Assembly: GCA_009914755.4 (NCBI GenBank)
Contig: CP086569.2
Coordinates: forward strand, 15,072,001-15,136,000
Reading direction: 5' to 3'
DNA from: the human T2T-CHM13v2.0 reference genome, Homo sapiens
DNA: 64,000 bases
Shown here piece by piece: positions 36,280 to 49,370 of the stretch. Numbering within the stretch: position 1 is the first letter of the stretch; every line of letters starts with the position of its first letter. The notes beneath the pieces were generated by a model. It made no database searches. It saw only the letters and a program-made list of their open reading frames with translations, and was not told the DNA's origin. Position numbers and translations under genes: made by a program.

Positions 36280-38097
36280 CGCCAGGGTAGCTGTGAAGTC
36301 TATTTGTCCGTGAGAGCCTCCCTGCTTGGGCACTGCAAAAGCCCAACTTCTGAACTTTGCCCTTCATAACTGTCATGTTCCCAAATCAACCATTCCTTCC
36401 AAATATATGTCTTGGCCTTGAAGGATCCTTGATAGGATAAAATACATTTCTTCCTTTTAAAACAATACTTGTTACAAATTCTCAGCGGTGTCATATTTTA
36501 AAAGAGAATTCTTGCACACAGATTTCCACCTCGAACCTGGTCCCAGTACAGTGCCTTGTATAACCTCTATTTCCAGGCTCTGCCCACAGCAGGTGAGGCC
36601 ATTAAATGTTGTCCTCCTTTGCTAGATTATTTTCTTTTAACATATTTGTCACCAACTCCCTGCTGTATTCCCTAAATTCCTCAGAGAAAAACCCAAACAC
36701 TGGTAAATATAAACAGTTTGTAATCACATGAGAAAACACACAGTAGTGTCTCTCAGATACTCCTGGAGAGAGGCTCTGTCATGGAAGCAACTGGGGGAAT
36801 ACAATATATTTAATGTTTACTTTGAAATGCAAAGTCACTATTATTAAAACAAGCAGAGGGACAAGTGCCACAGCCCAAGACTTTACCTGCCATATTGGCA
36901 TTTTTGAATTGCCTGTGTTTCAGTGGGTATCAAAAGTTCTGCAATGTTCATTAAATTAAATTGTGGCCATGCTTAATTAAATAAAATTATGCAAGATCTT
37001 ATAAACAAACCCAACTGGGTGCTTTTCACTCAGTACTCCAGGCAACCCTCTCTTGCTACAGTGTTTGCCGGGATTTCTGTTTTCCAACATGTGACAGATC
37101 TCTCTTTCGGCGCTATCTGGTTACCATGCTAAGCCATCTTCTGGGTTGTGGTCTCCATTGTGAAGATTCTGCCTTTATATTTGGCTTTTGAGTTCAGTTC
37201 AACAGGAACAGTGAGCCCAGGAAGGTGTGGATCTACAGCTCCATCAAGTGACAGGGATGTCACATGCTGAAACTTTGCTTTTTAGATTCCTGGAAGTAAA
37301 AACCCAATGGTCTCATGACACATGACCCCTTTTGGTCAAGTTTTTCTCTTTCTGAGGAAGGACAGAGCCACTACAATAGTCAGCTATGACAGAGGCCTAG
37401 TTGCAGCCCCAGTTTCTTTAGATTTTTTTTGGTGTCATTCTTGTTCTTGTTACATTTCATGTTTTCTCCCAAAAGAGGCATCTGCAGGGCTTCATTCAAA
37501 TTACTTTCTTCTGCAACTTGCGATGCATGCTGTCAATGGACCAGAGGTGATTTGTCAGATCCCATTTTACCTAGGAAACCTCAGGCTTCCGAGCATTGCT
37601 GTGCCTGAGTGGAGATGAGGAAGTGTCTTGGAATTTTAGTTTTCCCAGCAGCAGCCCTTACCCTATGATGAACAGTGTGCAAGTAGAAATAGTTCAGCTC
37701 CTTCTGCTCCTGCTAGGGACAACTGTGAGGTGTTGCCTGTCCCATTTTCAATGTTCCTCTGTGAGACTGAGCTTCAGTAAACCTATTGTTGCCATCTTTT
37801 TGTGGTTTGTCTCAGTTTTCAACATCCTTACCAGGATTTCTGGGAATGCTTTCTCAAAAAAAAAAAATATCACTTTTTAATCTCAAGGGCCTCTTCTGGG
37901 GAACTCAGTTTCCAATAGCATATCAATTTACCTTTAATCTATTAAATAGGAGGGGGTGGTTAACTTAGCTGTAAATAACATCAGAGGAGAGACTAAAAAT
38001 GTTGACAGTTTTTGAAATTAGCTTTGCATACATAGGCAACTTTTATTCACCAGATGTTTCTTAGAAATTAGTTTTGTTCATTTTTTCCCTGATATGA

Positions 38098-38529
<432 letters not shown>

Positions 38530-39415
38530 TAACATTTATCTGATTTGACAGACATGGAGAATAGATAGATAAGCTGGTTAATAGCTTGGAATGCAAACAT
38601 AGTAGGGAGGATACAGGATGTGGTCTGAGAATTATCAAAATATGCAAGGATAAAGTCTCCTTCATCTTTGGGTCTTCAGTGCTTAGCATTATGCTTGGCA
38701 TAAGCAAGTTGATCAATACACACTTGTTAATCTAATTGAATGAAACTGAAGTGCATTGGATTGCAATGAGTTTGGTTTATCTGTTGATTTCTTATGAAAT
38801 ATACGATAATCATAAGAACGGCATTGCATGTCAGAGATAAATTCCCACATTCCAAAAATGGTAGGAGAGATTATATGGACCTATGGTCTTTAGTACAATA
38901 GCTAATGACCACATGTGGTCATTTCAATTTAAATTCATTAAAAATAAATAAATGTGAGAATCAGTTCTTTGGTTGCATAAGCTGCCTCTCATCTGCCCAA
39001 TAGTCACATGGGGCTACTAGCGTCAACAGAATAAGAATATTATTTGGTTATATTATATTAGCTATGAGAATATTATACTAGCTAGGAGATATTGTATTGC
39101 AAAGGTCAAACAGAGAACACTTGTCTTAGACAGCTCAAAGGACCTAGGGACAGGTTGATCTTCTTCTATCTCTCTTTATAAAATATTTCATATTTATAAA
39201 AATACAAAATAGTTTAAACATGCAGAACATTTATTTAAAGCTGCAAAATATTACTGTATCTCCTTGGTGTCCCCACACACACTGGCCCCAGCAAAATGCA
39301 CAGTGGATTTTCCTCAGACGTGGTGTTATGAAAACACACCACACCATTTTTCATAAAGGTTTTCTATTGAAGCTAAATGAAAACAATTGCAAGGGAAATT
39401 AAAAACACCCAAATG

Positions 39416-39729
39416 GGCCAGGCATGGTGGCTCATTCCTGTAATCCCAGCACTTTGGGAGGCCTAGGCTGGCAGATCACTTGAGTCCAGGAGTTTAAGAC
39501 CAGCCTGGCCATCATGGCAAAACTCCATCTATACAAAATTTAGCTGGGTGTCAGAAAGTGCTCCTGTAATCCTAGCTACTGGGGAGGATGTGGTAGAAGA
39601 ATCACTTAAACTTAGGAGGTGGAAGTTGTAGTGAACTGAGATTATGCCGCTGCGCTCCAGCCTACGAGACAGAGCAAGACTCCATCTCAAAAACAAAACA
39701 AAAAAAAATAAAAATAAAAACACAAATAA
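39416..39729 (+). mobile_element. Alu SINE (AluJ-like) with an interrupted A-rich tail
   Basis: ggccaggcatggtggctcattcctgtaatcccagcactttgggaggcctaggctggcagatcacttgagtccaggagtt…ctacgagacagagcaagactccatctc followed by aaaacaaaacaaaaaaaaataaaaataaaaa. A partial direct repeat aaaaacac(c/a)caaat flanks it. Confidence 0.9.
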
Positions 39730-39769
39730 ATTAGAAACATTTGCTACATCCTAAGGACAGAAAGAGTAT

Positions 39770-40822
39770 TTTTCCCCCCATCGGATTTTACCTTCTATTT
39801 TCTTTTTTCATTTTTATCATTATTTTACTTTCAGTTCTGGGATACAAGTGCCAAAAGTGTAGATCACATTGCTATATGTGTGCCATATATATTGCTGTAC
39901 CTATCAACCCACCATTTATGTTTCAAGCCATGCATTCATTAGCTATTTTTCCTAATGCTCCCTCTCCCCTTGCCCCCTACCCCTTGACTGGTGCCAGGGT
40001 GTGTTGTTCCCCTCCCTGTGTCCATGTGTTCTTATTGTTCAACTCCCACTTATGAATGAGATACACAGTGTTTGCTTTTCTGTTCCTGCATAACTTTGCT
40101 GAGGATGATGGCTATCAGATTCATCCATGTTTCTGCAAAGGACATAATCTCATTTCTCTTTATGGCTCCATAGTATCCTGTGGTGTATAAGTATCACATT
40201 TTATTTATCCAGTCTATCACTGATGGGCATGTAGGTTGGCTCCAGGTCTTTGCTATTGTAAATAGTGCTGCAATAAACATATGTGTGCATGTGTCTTTAT
40301 AGTAGCATGATTTATATTCCTTTGGGTATATACCCAGTAATGGGATTGCTGGGTCAAATGGTATCTTTTTGTTCTAGGTCCTTGGAGAATACCCACAGTG
40401 TCTTTCACAATAGTTTAACTAATTTACATTCCAACCAACAGTGGAAAGGTGTTCCTATTTCTCCACTGTCTCACCAGCATCTATTGTTTATTGACTTTTT
40501 GATAATTGCCATTCTGACTGGAATGGGATGATAGCTCATTGCAGTTTTGATTTGCATTTTTCTAATGAACAGTGATGTTAAACGATTTTTCATATGTTTG
40601 TGGGCTGAATAAATGTCTTCTTTTGAGAAGCATCTGTTCATATCCTTTGCCCACTTTTGATGGGGTTGTTGGTTTTTTCCTTGTAGATTCTGGATGTTAG
40701 CCCTTTGTCAGATGGGTAGATTGCAAAAATTTTCTCCCATTCTCTTGGTTACTTATTAACTCTGATGATAGTTTCTTTTACTGCACAGAAGCTCTTCAGT
40801 TTTCTGTTTACAGTTAGCCAGT
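39770..40822 (-). mobile_element. L1PA-type L1 3' fragment (ORF2 C-terminus + 3'UTR), antisense, 5'-truncated
   Basis: Reverse complement of the L1 3' terminus (gcacttgtatcccagaactgaaagtaaaataatgataaaa…) and of ORF2 end/3'UTR motifs (ttctcactcataagtgggagttgaacaat…, tatacccagtaatgggattgctgggtcaaatggtat…, ttgatttgcattt…). It abuts the 5' end of the next element. Confidence 0.85.
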
Positions 40823-40839
40823 AGAAAGTCTTAAAAATA

Positions 40840-41868
40840 GAAGATGGCCAAATAGGAACAGCTCTGGTCTGCAGCTACCAGCATGATCAACACACAAGAT
40901 GAGTGATTTCTGCATTTCCAACTGAGGTATCTGGTTCATCTCACTGGGACTGGTTGGATAGTGGGTGCAGTCCATGAAGGGTGAGCCAAAGAAGGGCAGG
41001 GCATCTCCTCACCCAGTAAGTGCAAAGGGTATCATGATTTCCCTTTCCTAGCCAAGGGAAGCTGTGACAGACTGTACCTGGAAAAACAGGACACTTCTGC
41101 CCAAATACTGAGGTTTTCCCATGGTCATCGCAACTGGCAGACAAAGAGATTCTCTCCCGTGACTAGCTCAGTGGGTCCCACGCCCATGGAGCCTTGTTCA
41201 CTGCTACTGCAGCAGTCTGAAATCATCCTGTGAGACTGCAGCCTGGTGGGGGGAGGGGCATCCACCATTGCTGAGGCTTGAGTAGGTAAACAAAGTGGCC
41301 AGGAAGCTTGAACTGGTCAGCACCCATGGCAGCTCAGCAAGGCCTACTGCCTCTATAGAATCCATATTTGTGGGCAGGGCATACATGAACAAAAGACAGC
41401 AGAAACTTCTGCAGACTTAAGCTTCCCTGTCTGACAGCTCTGAGGAGACCAGTGGTTTTCTCAACATGGCGTTTGAACTCTGAGAATGGATAGACTGCTT
41501 CCTGAAGTGGTTCCCTGACTCCCATGTAGCCTAATAGGGAGACATCTCCCAGTCGGGGCCAACAGACACCTCATACAGGTGAATGCCCCTCTGGGAAGAA
41601 GCTTCCAAAGGAAAGATCAGGCAGCAATATTTGCTGCTCTGCAATATTTGCTGTTCTGCACCCTCTGCTGGTGATACCCAGGCAAACAAAATCTGGAGCG
41701 GACCTCCAGCAAACTCCAACAGACCTGCAACTGAGGGACCTGTCTGTTACAAGGAAAACTAACAAACAGAAAGGAATAGCATCAACATCAACAAAAAGGA
41801 CATCCACACCAAAACCCCATCTGAAGGTCACTAACATGAAAGTCCAAAGGTAGATAAAAACTACAAAG
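40840..41868 (+). promoter_or_regulatory. L1 5'UTR (internal sense/antisense promoter region of the element; likely inactive given its divergence)
   Basis: Positional homology to the L1PA 5'UTR upstream of the mutated ORF1 start (ATA at 41869-41871 in place of the ATG in …aagatggggaaaaaacag…). Confidence 0.4.
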
Positions 41869-42891
41869 ATAGGGAGAAACCAGAGCAGAAAAGCTGAAAA
41901 TTCTAAAACCCAAAGTGCTTCTCCTCCAAAGGATCACAGCTCCTTGCCTGCAAGGGAACAAAGCTGGATGGAGAATGAGTTTCATGAGTTGACACAGGTA
42001 GGCTTCAGAAGGTTGGTAATAACAAACTTATCTGAGCTAAAGGAGCATGTTCTAACCGATTGCAAGGAAGCTAAAAACCTTCAAAAAAGTTATACCAATG
42101 GCCAACTAGAATGAACAGTGTAGAGAAGACCTTACATGACCTGATGGAGCTGAAAACCAAGGCATGAGAACTGCATGACACAAGCACAAGCTTCAATATC
42201 TGATTTGATCAAGTGGAAGAAAGGATTTCAGTGATTGAATATCAAATTAATGAAATAAACTGAGACAAAAGTTTAGAGAAAAAAAGAGTAAAAAGAAACA
42301 AACAAGGCCTCCAAGAAATATGGGACTATGTGACAAGACCCAAATTTACCTTTGATTGGTGTACCTGAAAGTGATGGGGAGAATGGAACAAAGTTGGAAA
42401 ACACTCTTCAAGATATCATCCAGGAGAACTTCCCCTACGTAACAAGGCAGGCCAACATTCAAATTCAGGAAATACAGAGAACAACACAAAGATACTCCTT
42501 GAGAAGAGCAACCCCAAGACACATAATTGTCAAATTCATTAAGATTGAAATGAAGGAAAAAATGTTAAGGGTAGCCAGAGAGAAAGGCTGGGTTACCCAC
42601 AAAGGGAAGCCCATCAGACCAACAGCAGATCTCTTGATGGAAACCCTACAAGCCAGAATAGAGTGGGGGCCAATATTCAACATGCTGAAAGAAAACAATT
42701 TTCAACACAGAATTTCATATTCAGTGAAGGTAAGATTTATAAGTGAAGGAGAAATAAAATCCTTTACAGACAAGCAAATGCTGAGAGATTTTGTCACCAT
42801 CAGGCCTGACTTACAAGAACTTCTAAAGGAAGCACTAAACATGGAAAGGAACAACCAGTACCAGCCACTGCAGAAACATGCCAAATTGTAA
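41869..42891 (+). pseudogene. L1 ORF1 remnant (start codon mutated ATG>ATA, frameshifts upstream of 42352)
   Basis: Collinear with L1 ORF1. Only the C-terminal 179 codons remain open (42352-42891). Confidence 0.8.
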
Positions 42892-42954
42892 AGACCATCA
42901 ATGCTATGAAGAAACTGCATCAATTAATGGGCAAAAGAACCAGCTAACATCATA

Positions 42955-44536
42955 ACGAGAGGATCAAATTCGCACATAACAATATTAACCTAAAATGTAA
43001 ATGGGCTATGTGCCCCAGTTAAAAGACACCGACAATGGAGAAAGAGTCAAGACCCATCAGGGTGCTGTATTCAGGAAACCCATCTCATGTGCAGAGACAC
43101 ACATAGGCTCAAAATAAAGGGATGGAGGAAGATCTACCAAGCAAATGGAAAGCAAAAAAAAAAAAATAATAAAATAAAAAAAAAGGAGGGTTTGCAATCC
43201 TAGTCTCTGATACAACAGATTTTAAACCAACAAAGATCAAAAGACACAAAGGAGGCCGTTACATGATGGTAAAGGGAACAATTCAACAAGTAGGACTAAC
43301 TATCCTAAATATATATGCACCCAATACAGGAACACTCAGTTTCATAAAGCAAGCCCTCAGAGACCTACAAAGAGATTCAGACACCCAAACAATAATAATG
43401 GTATAATTTAACACCCCACTGTCAATATTAGACAGATCAACAAGACAGAAGGTTAACAAAGATATCCAGAACCTGAACTCAGCTCTGCACCAAGCGGACA
43501 TAATAGACATCTACAGAACTCTCCACCCCAAATCAACAGAATATACATTCTTCTCAGCACCACATCACAGTTATTCCAAAACTGACCACGTAGATGGAAG
43601 CAAAACACTCTGGAGCAATTGGAAAAGAACAGAAATCACAACAAACTGTATCTAAGACCACAGTACAGGGAACTCAGAATTGAGAAAATCACTTAAAACC
43701 ACACAACTACATGGGAACTAAACAACCTGCTCCTGAATGACTACTGGGTACATAAAGAAATGAAGGCAGAAATGAAGAAGTTCTTTGAAACCAAAGAGAA
43801 AAAAGACACAACATACTAGAATCTCTGGGACACATTTAAAGGAGTGTATAGAGGAAAATTTATGGCACTAAATGCCCACAAGAGAAAGCAGGAAAGATCT
43901 AAAATCGAAAAGCTAATATCACAATTAATAAAAACTAGAGATGCAAGAGCAAACAAGTTCAAAAGCTAGCAGAAGGCAAGAAATAACTAAGATCAGAGCA
44001 GAGCTGAAGGAGATAGAGTCATAAAGAAACCCTTCAAAAAGTGAATGAATGCAGGAGCCGGTTTTTTGAAAATATTAACAAAATTAATAGACTGTTAGCA
44101 AGATGAATAAGGAAGAAAGGAGAGAAGAATCAAATAGATGCAATAAAACAATGATAAAGGGGATATTACCACTAACCCCACAGAAATACAAACTACCTTG
44201 AGAGAATACTATAAACACCTCTAAGCAAATAAACTAGAAAATCTAGAAGAAATTAATAAATTCCTGGACACATACACCCTCCCAAGACTAAACCAGGAAG
44301 AAGTTGAATCTCTGAATAGGCTAATAACAGGCTCTGAAGCTGAGGGAATAATTAGCAGTGTGCAAACCAAAAAAAGTCCAGGACCAGATGGATTCACAGC
44401 CAAATTCTACCAGAGGTAAAAAGAGGAGCTGGTGCCATTCCTTCTGAAATTATTCCAATCCATAGAAAAAGAGGGAATCCTCCCTAACTCATTTTAGGCA
44501 GCCAGCATCATCCTGATACCAAAGCCTGGCAGAGAC

Positions 44537-44579
<43 letters not shown>

Positions 44580-46803
44580 AGACTAATATCCCTGATGAAT
44601 ATGACGTGAAAATCCTCAATAAAATACTGGCAAACCAAATCCAGCAGCACATCAAAAAGCTTATCCACCAGGATCAACTCAGCTTCACTCCTGGGAAGCA
44701 AAGCTGGTTCAATATACACAAATCAGTCAATATAATCCATCACATACACAGAACAAATGACAAAAAACACATGATTATCTCAATAGATGCAGAAAAGGCC
44801 TTTGAAAAACTTCAACAGCACTTCATGCTAAACACTCTCAATAAATTAGGTATTGACGGGATGTATCTCAAAATAATAAGAGCTATTCATGACAAATCCA
44901 CAGCCGATATCATACTGAATGGAGAAAACTGGAAGCATTTCCCTTGAAAACCGGCATAAGACAAGGATTCCCCCTCTCACCACTCCTATTCAACATAGTA
45001 TTGGAAGTTCTGTCCAGGGCAATCAGGTAAGAGAAGGCAATCAAGGGTATTCAATTAGGAAAAGAGGAAGTCAAATTGTCCCTGTTTGCAGATTATGTGA
45101 TTATATAGTTAGAAAACCCCATCGTCTCAGCCCTAAAACTCCTTAAGTAAATAAGCAACTTCAGCAAAGTCTCAGGATAGAAAATCTATGTGCAAAAATC
45201 ACAAGCATTCCTATACATCAACAACAGAGAAACAGAGAACCAAATCATAAGAGAACTCTCTTTCACAATTGCTACAAAGAGAATAAAATACCTAGGAATC
45301 CAACTTACAAGGGATGCAAAGGTCCTCTTCAAGGAGAACTACAAACTGCTGCTCAACTAAATAAAAGAGGACACAAAAAATGGAAGAACATTGCATGCTC
45401 ATGGATAGGAAGAATCAATATTGTGAAAATGACCATACTGCCCAAGGTAATTTATAGATTGAAAACCATCCCCATCAAGCTACAATGACTTTCTTCACAG
45501 AATTGGAAAAAAAAACAGTTTAAATTTCATGTGGAACCAAAAAAGAGCCCACACTGCCAAGACAATCCTAAGCAAAAAGAATAAAGCTGGAGGCATCACT
45601 CTATCTGACTTCAAAACTGTTTGGCTCCAGTAATCAAATCAGCATGGTACTGGTACAAAAACAGATATGTAGACCAATGGAACAGAACAGAAGCCTCAGA
45701 AATAACACCACACATCTACAACCACCTGATCATTGACAAACCTCACAAAAACAAGCAATGGGGAAAGGATTCCCTATTTAATAAATGGTGCTGGGAAAAC
45801 TGGCTAGCCATATGTAGAAAGCTGAAACTGGATCCCTTCCTTACACCTTATACAAAAATTAATTCAAGATGGATTAAAGACTTAAATGTTAGACCTAAAA
45901 CCATAAAAACCCTAGAAGAAAACCTAGGTAATACCTTCACGACACAGGCATGGGCAAGGACTTCAAGACTGAAACACCAAAAGCAATGGTAACAAAAGCC
46001 AAAATTGACAACTGGGATCTAATTTAACTAAAAAGCTTCTGCACTGTAAAAGAAACTGCCATCAGAGAGAACAGGCAGCCTACAGAATGGGAGAAAATTT
46101 TTGCAATGTACCCATCTGACAAAGGGCTAATATCCAGAATCCATAAAGAACTTAAACAAATTTACAATAAAAAAAAACCCAACTCCCTCAAAAAGTGGGC
46201 AAAGTATATGAACAGACACTTCTCAAAAGAAGACATTTATGCAACCAACAGACACAGGAAAAAATGCTCATCATCACTGGTCATCAGAGAAATGCAAATC
46301 AAAACCACAATTAGATAACATCTCATGCCAGTTAGAAGGGCGATCATTAAAAACTCAGGAAACAACAGATGCTGGAGAGGATGTGGAGAAACAGGAACAC
46401 TTTTACACTGTTGGTGGGAGTGTAAATTAGTACAACATTATGGAAGACAGTGTGGCAATTCCTCAAGGATCTAGAAATACCATTTGACCCAGCGATCCCG
46501 TTACTGGGTATATACCCAAAGGATTATAAATCACGCTACTATAAAGATTCATGCACATGTACGTTTATTGTGGCACTATTCACAGTAGCAGATACTTGGA
46601 ACCAACCCAAATGTCTATCAATGATAGACTGGATTAAGAAAATGTGGCACATATACACCGTGGAATACTATGCAGCCCTATAAAAGGATGAGTTCTTGTC
46701 CTTTGCAGGGACATGGATGAAGCTGGAAACCATCATTCTCAGCAAACTATCACAAGGACAGAAAACCAAACACCTCATGTTCTCACTCATAGGTGGGAAT
46801 TGA
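42955..46803 (+). pseudogene. L1 ORF2 remnant (EN-RT-C domains present but start ATG>ACG, multiple stops/frameshifts, internal A-tract expansion)
   Basis: cataACGagaggatcaaattcgcacataacaatattaacc aligns to atgacaggatcaaattcacacataacaatattaac. RT and C-terminal motifs are recognisable throughout. The ORF2 stop context ggtgggaattga is at ~46795-46803. Confidence 0.85.
44539..44576 (+). repeat. (A)38 mononucleotide expansion inside L1 ORF2
   Basis: The L1 consensus …ggcagagacacaaccaaaaaagagaattttagaccaatatcc… is here …ggcagagacgc(a)38tttagactaatatcc…. Confidence 0.9.
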
Positions 46804-47276
46804 AGAATGAGAACACTTGGGCACAGGGAGGGAAACATCACATACCAGGGCCTTTCGTGGGGTGGGGGGCTGGGGTAGCGATAGCATTAGGAGAACTACC
46901 TGATATAAATGATGAGTTGGTAGACGCAGGAAACCAACATGGCACATGTATACCTATGTAACAAACAGGCACGTTATGCACACGTACCCTAGAACTTAAA
47001 AAAAATAATAGAAAGTCTTAAAAATAAATCTTGCTTCTGTACTCTGTGTTATTTTTCCCTGTCATGTTTACAATCTTCTAATACAGTCCTATAATCTACT
47101 CATTTGTTGTATGAATGAATGAAAAGAACCCCACTGATTTTCCTTGCCACTATTTGACTTACTCATTCTAACAGACTTGTTAACTAAGACTCATCACTCT
47201 GTTCATCTCATTTTTAAGAGTGGAGCTCATTATCCACTTTCACATTTTTGCCAACAACTAGTCAGTAGGAATAGGG

Positions 47277-47312
47277 GTCAGGCACAGTAACTCATGCCTC
47301 TGATCCCAACCA
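47277..47312 (+). mobile_element. Short Alu 5' fragment
   Basis: ggtcaggcacagtaactcatgcctctgatcccaa resembles the Alu 5' end ggccgggcgcggtggctcacgcctgtaatcccag. Confidence 0.4.
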
Positions 47313-49209
47313 AGATCTTCTTGCTTGTGAAAAAAATCAGGGAAGATGCCGTACATTTCCTCAAAGGTCTGCAGGTGTCACATTCTTGATTTATACCCCA
47401 CTTAATAGCTGTCTATCAGGATCCAAGGAACATGGAAAAATGACATTTGGACACCCCGACATGACTCCTAAAAGTGGCACATAGCTATTTTCAGCCGACA
47501 CGGAGACTAAAATTCATAATCTTCTTTGGGGGGCACAGTGGTATGTTGATATTTTAATTTCATGAAACTATTGAAGAGAAATCCTATCATAAATTATGGT
47601 CATGTTCTCTATGCCGTCCACACAAGCTCAGCCGCAGATGTGTTTATCTATAATGGGCTGGTTCTAAATTTTTCCTGAGGCTATTTGTTTGCTTCTTTGA
47701 GAGCAGTTTGTCTTTTATGAGTAGAAAGGTAGTAGCAAATTCTGTGACTTGAAAAAAGCTTTTGGAAAAACTTAGAACAGCAAGTGTTAACCATTGACTT
47801 ATGCTTCTGTCCTCCTGAAAACAAGGGAAGGCTGCTGTGATTCCATTGTAACTGCACATTATTTAACTTTAGTTTACAGAACTAGGTTCTGGGCAAGCAA
47901 GCCTCAGCACCATGGAGATGCAGTTAGAACAAAATACTCACTGTTAAACAGTGTCTGCCCTTGTGTCTAATTGTCTCACATGAATATTTCTGAATTTATG
48001 CCAGATGACTTAGTAGCTATTTTTGAACACCTGTGATGTGCAGTCACTGTCATAAGTGCTGGGGATATATGAAAGAAAATGAACATCTTGCTTTGAGTCT
48101 AATATGGAAGAAAAATAATAAGTGAGCCAATAGATCAGACATATCTTAGTGGGATATCTACTTCTCAGGATGGGGTCTCCTTAGGGACATCTCATTTAAA
48201 AATTGCAGATGGATGGATCTCCATGGTGCTTAGTGGGAACAACGCAGCCTCATCAATCTTCCTTGATGCCTGAATATTTTACTGGACATTCCCAACCTCG
48301 GATCTCCTCTGAATCTTTCTTCAGCCGGATCTTGGCTGACCTCCAGTGTATTTCATTAACAGGTCCCTTCGTCCTTTACTTTCTATCAGTTGAACTATTG
48401 GGGTGAGTTAGTAGCATACCCCAAAAAAACAAGCTGGGAGAGAGGCCATGCCCTACATCTTCTCTGCTTTCTGCCTGGGAGACTACTCCTGCTGGCTGCA
48501 TTCCTGGGCAGAAGGAAGCTGTTTCTGGTAACTTCTCCCTCCCCTTGATCCTTCAGACCCCCAGAATAGGAAGGGTTCCTCAGTCCCTAAACTCAGGGTG
48601 CTCCATATTCAAACACATGTTTTCTCACCCTCACAAGCCAGCTTCCTGCAGGTCTGTAGATAGTTGTTCCCTAAATCTCCATTACATATTCCATCTTGGT
48701 ACGCCACATTTGGTCTCTTAAATACACTGCATGGAGTAGAAAATCCTAACAAGGCATCAGCTGCTGACTCTGTGATCTGCTACCCTCCCTGCTCTTCCTT
48801 GAAAAAAATCCCAAACTAGCCCAGAATGAAGGAATTTGTGTTTTTTGAAATATGTGTTTTCTAGAAAGAATCAAGAAAAAAAACTATTTATGCATAACTG
48901 TTGTAACTCTTTAGTACTTGTTCCATGTCTCATGCTACTTTGGATAATCAATGGCTATAAACAGCCAGCCAGATATGGGATGCCTAATAAAGATTTGTAG
49001 GTCAATCTGTGCATACTGTTAGCAGTTGACATGACAGCTTAATAAGAAACTGATTTTCTTAGTCTTGATTCGTATCCCAGATAAATACATGAAACAACAG
49101 TGGTTCAGAAACAGCAAACAACACTGAACCACTCAACCACAATATTATATTTGATAAAGATAGATTAAATAGTAGGTAAAGGTAATTTTTTATTCTCTGT
49201 CTCCATAGC

Positions 49210-49370
49210 CCCTCCCTCCTTCCCTCCCTCCTTTCCTCCCTTCCTTCCTTCTTCCCATCCTTCCTTCCATCCATCCTTTTTTCTATCCTTCTTTCTTCCT
49301 TCCCTCCTTCTATCTCTCTTTTTTCTTTACTTCTTTTTGAACTTCTTTCTTTTTTTCCCCTCTGCATTTT
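49210..49370. repeat. Polypyrimidine (TTCC)n/(TCC)n-like microsatellite, the strand-inverse of the 35.7-kb polypurine tract
   Basis: cccctccctccttccctccctcctttcctcccttccttccttcttcccatccttccttccatccatcc…. It underlies the spurious K/E/R-rich 128-aa minus ORF 49059-49445. Confidence 0.9.

Larger units (their letters stand above)
40840..47009 (+). mobile_element. Near-full-length L1 (L1PA family, about 6.17 kb): 5'UTR, ORF1, ORF2, 3'UTR and a short A-tail. Both ORFs are disrupted. Flanked by a perfect 17-bp TSD
   Basis: Starts gaagatggccaaataggaacagctc (L1 5' terminus minus ~10 nt). ORF1 C-terminus 42352-42891 (…EKMLRVAREKGWVTHKGKPIRPTADL…ISEGEIKSFTDKQMLRDFVTIRPDLQELLKEALNMERNNQYQPLQKHAKL). RT peptide 44606-44947 (…[52 protein letters not shown]). 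3' end …gtaccctagaacttaaaaaaaataat. The TSD agaaagtcttaaaaata lies at 40823-40839 and 47010-47026. Confidence 0.95.

Noticed and set aside
35700-36290. 196-aa + strand ORF (R/K/E/G-rich), the longest + ORF in the window, and overlapping 212/232-aa minus-strand ORFs (S/L/P/F-rich)
   Set aside because: Pure compositional artefact of the polypurine (GGAA/GA)n tract. No start or stop context, no codon structure, and both strands are 'open' simultaneously.
42352-42891. 179-aa ORF with a coiled-coil-like sequence
   Set aside because: It is the C-terminal part of L1 ORF1p (RNA-binding chaperone) inside the full-length L1, not a host gene. The upstream part of ORF1 is frameshifted and the start codon is mutated.
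44606-44947. 113-aa ORF with a reverse-transcriptase motif ([12 protein letters not shown])
   Set aside because: Fragment of L1 ORF2 RT. It is flanked by stops and frameshifts, so it is a pseudogene piece.
47277-47312. Alu-like 36-bp segment considered as evidence of a full Alu
   Set aside because: Only the first ~35 nt resemble Alu and the sequence diverges immediately afterwards. It is kept as a low-confidence fragment only.
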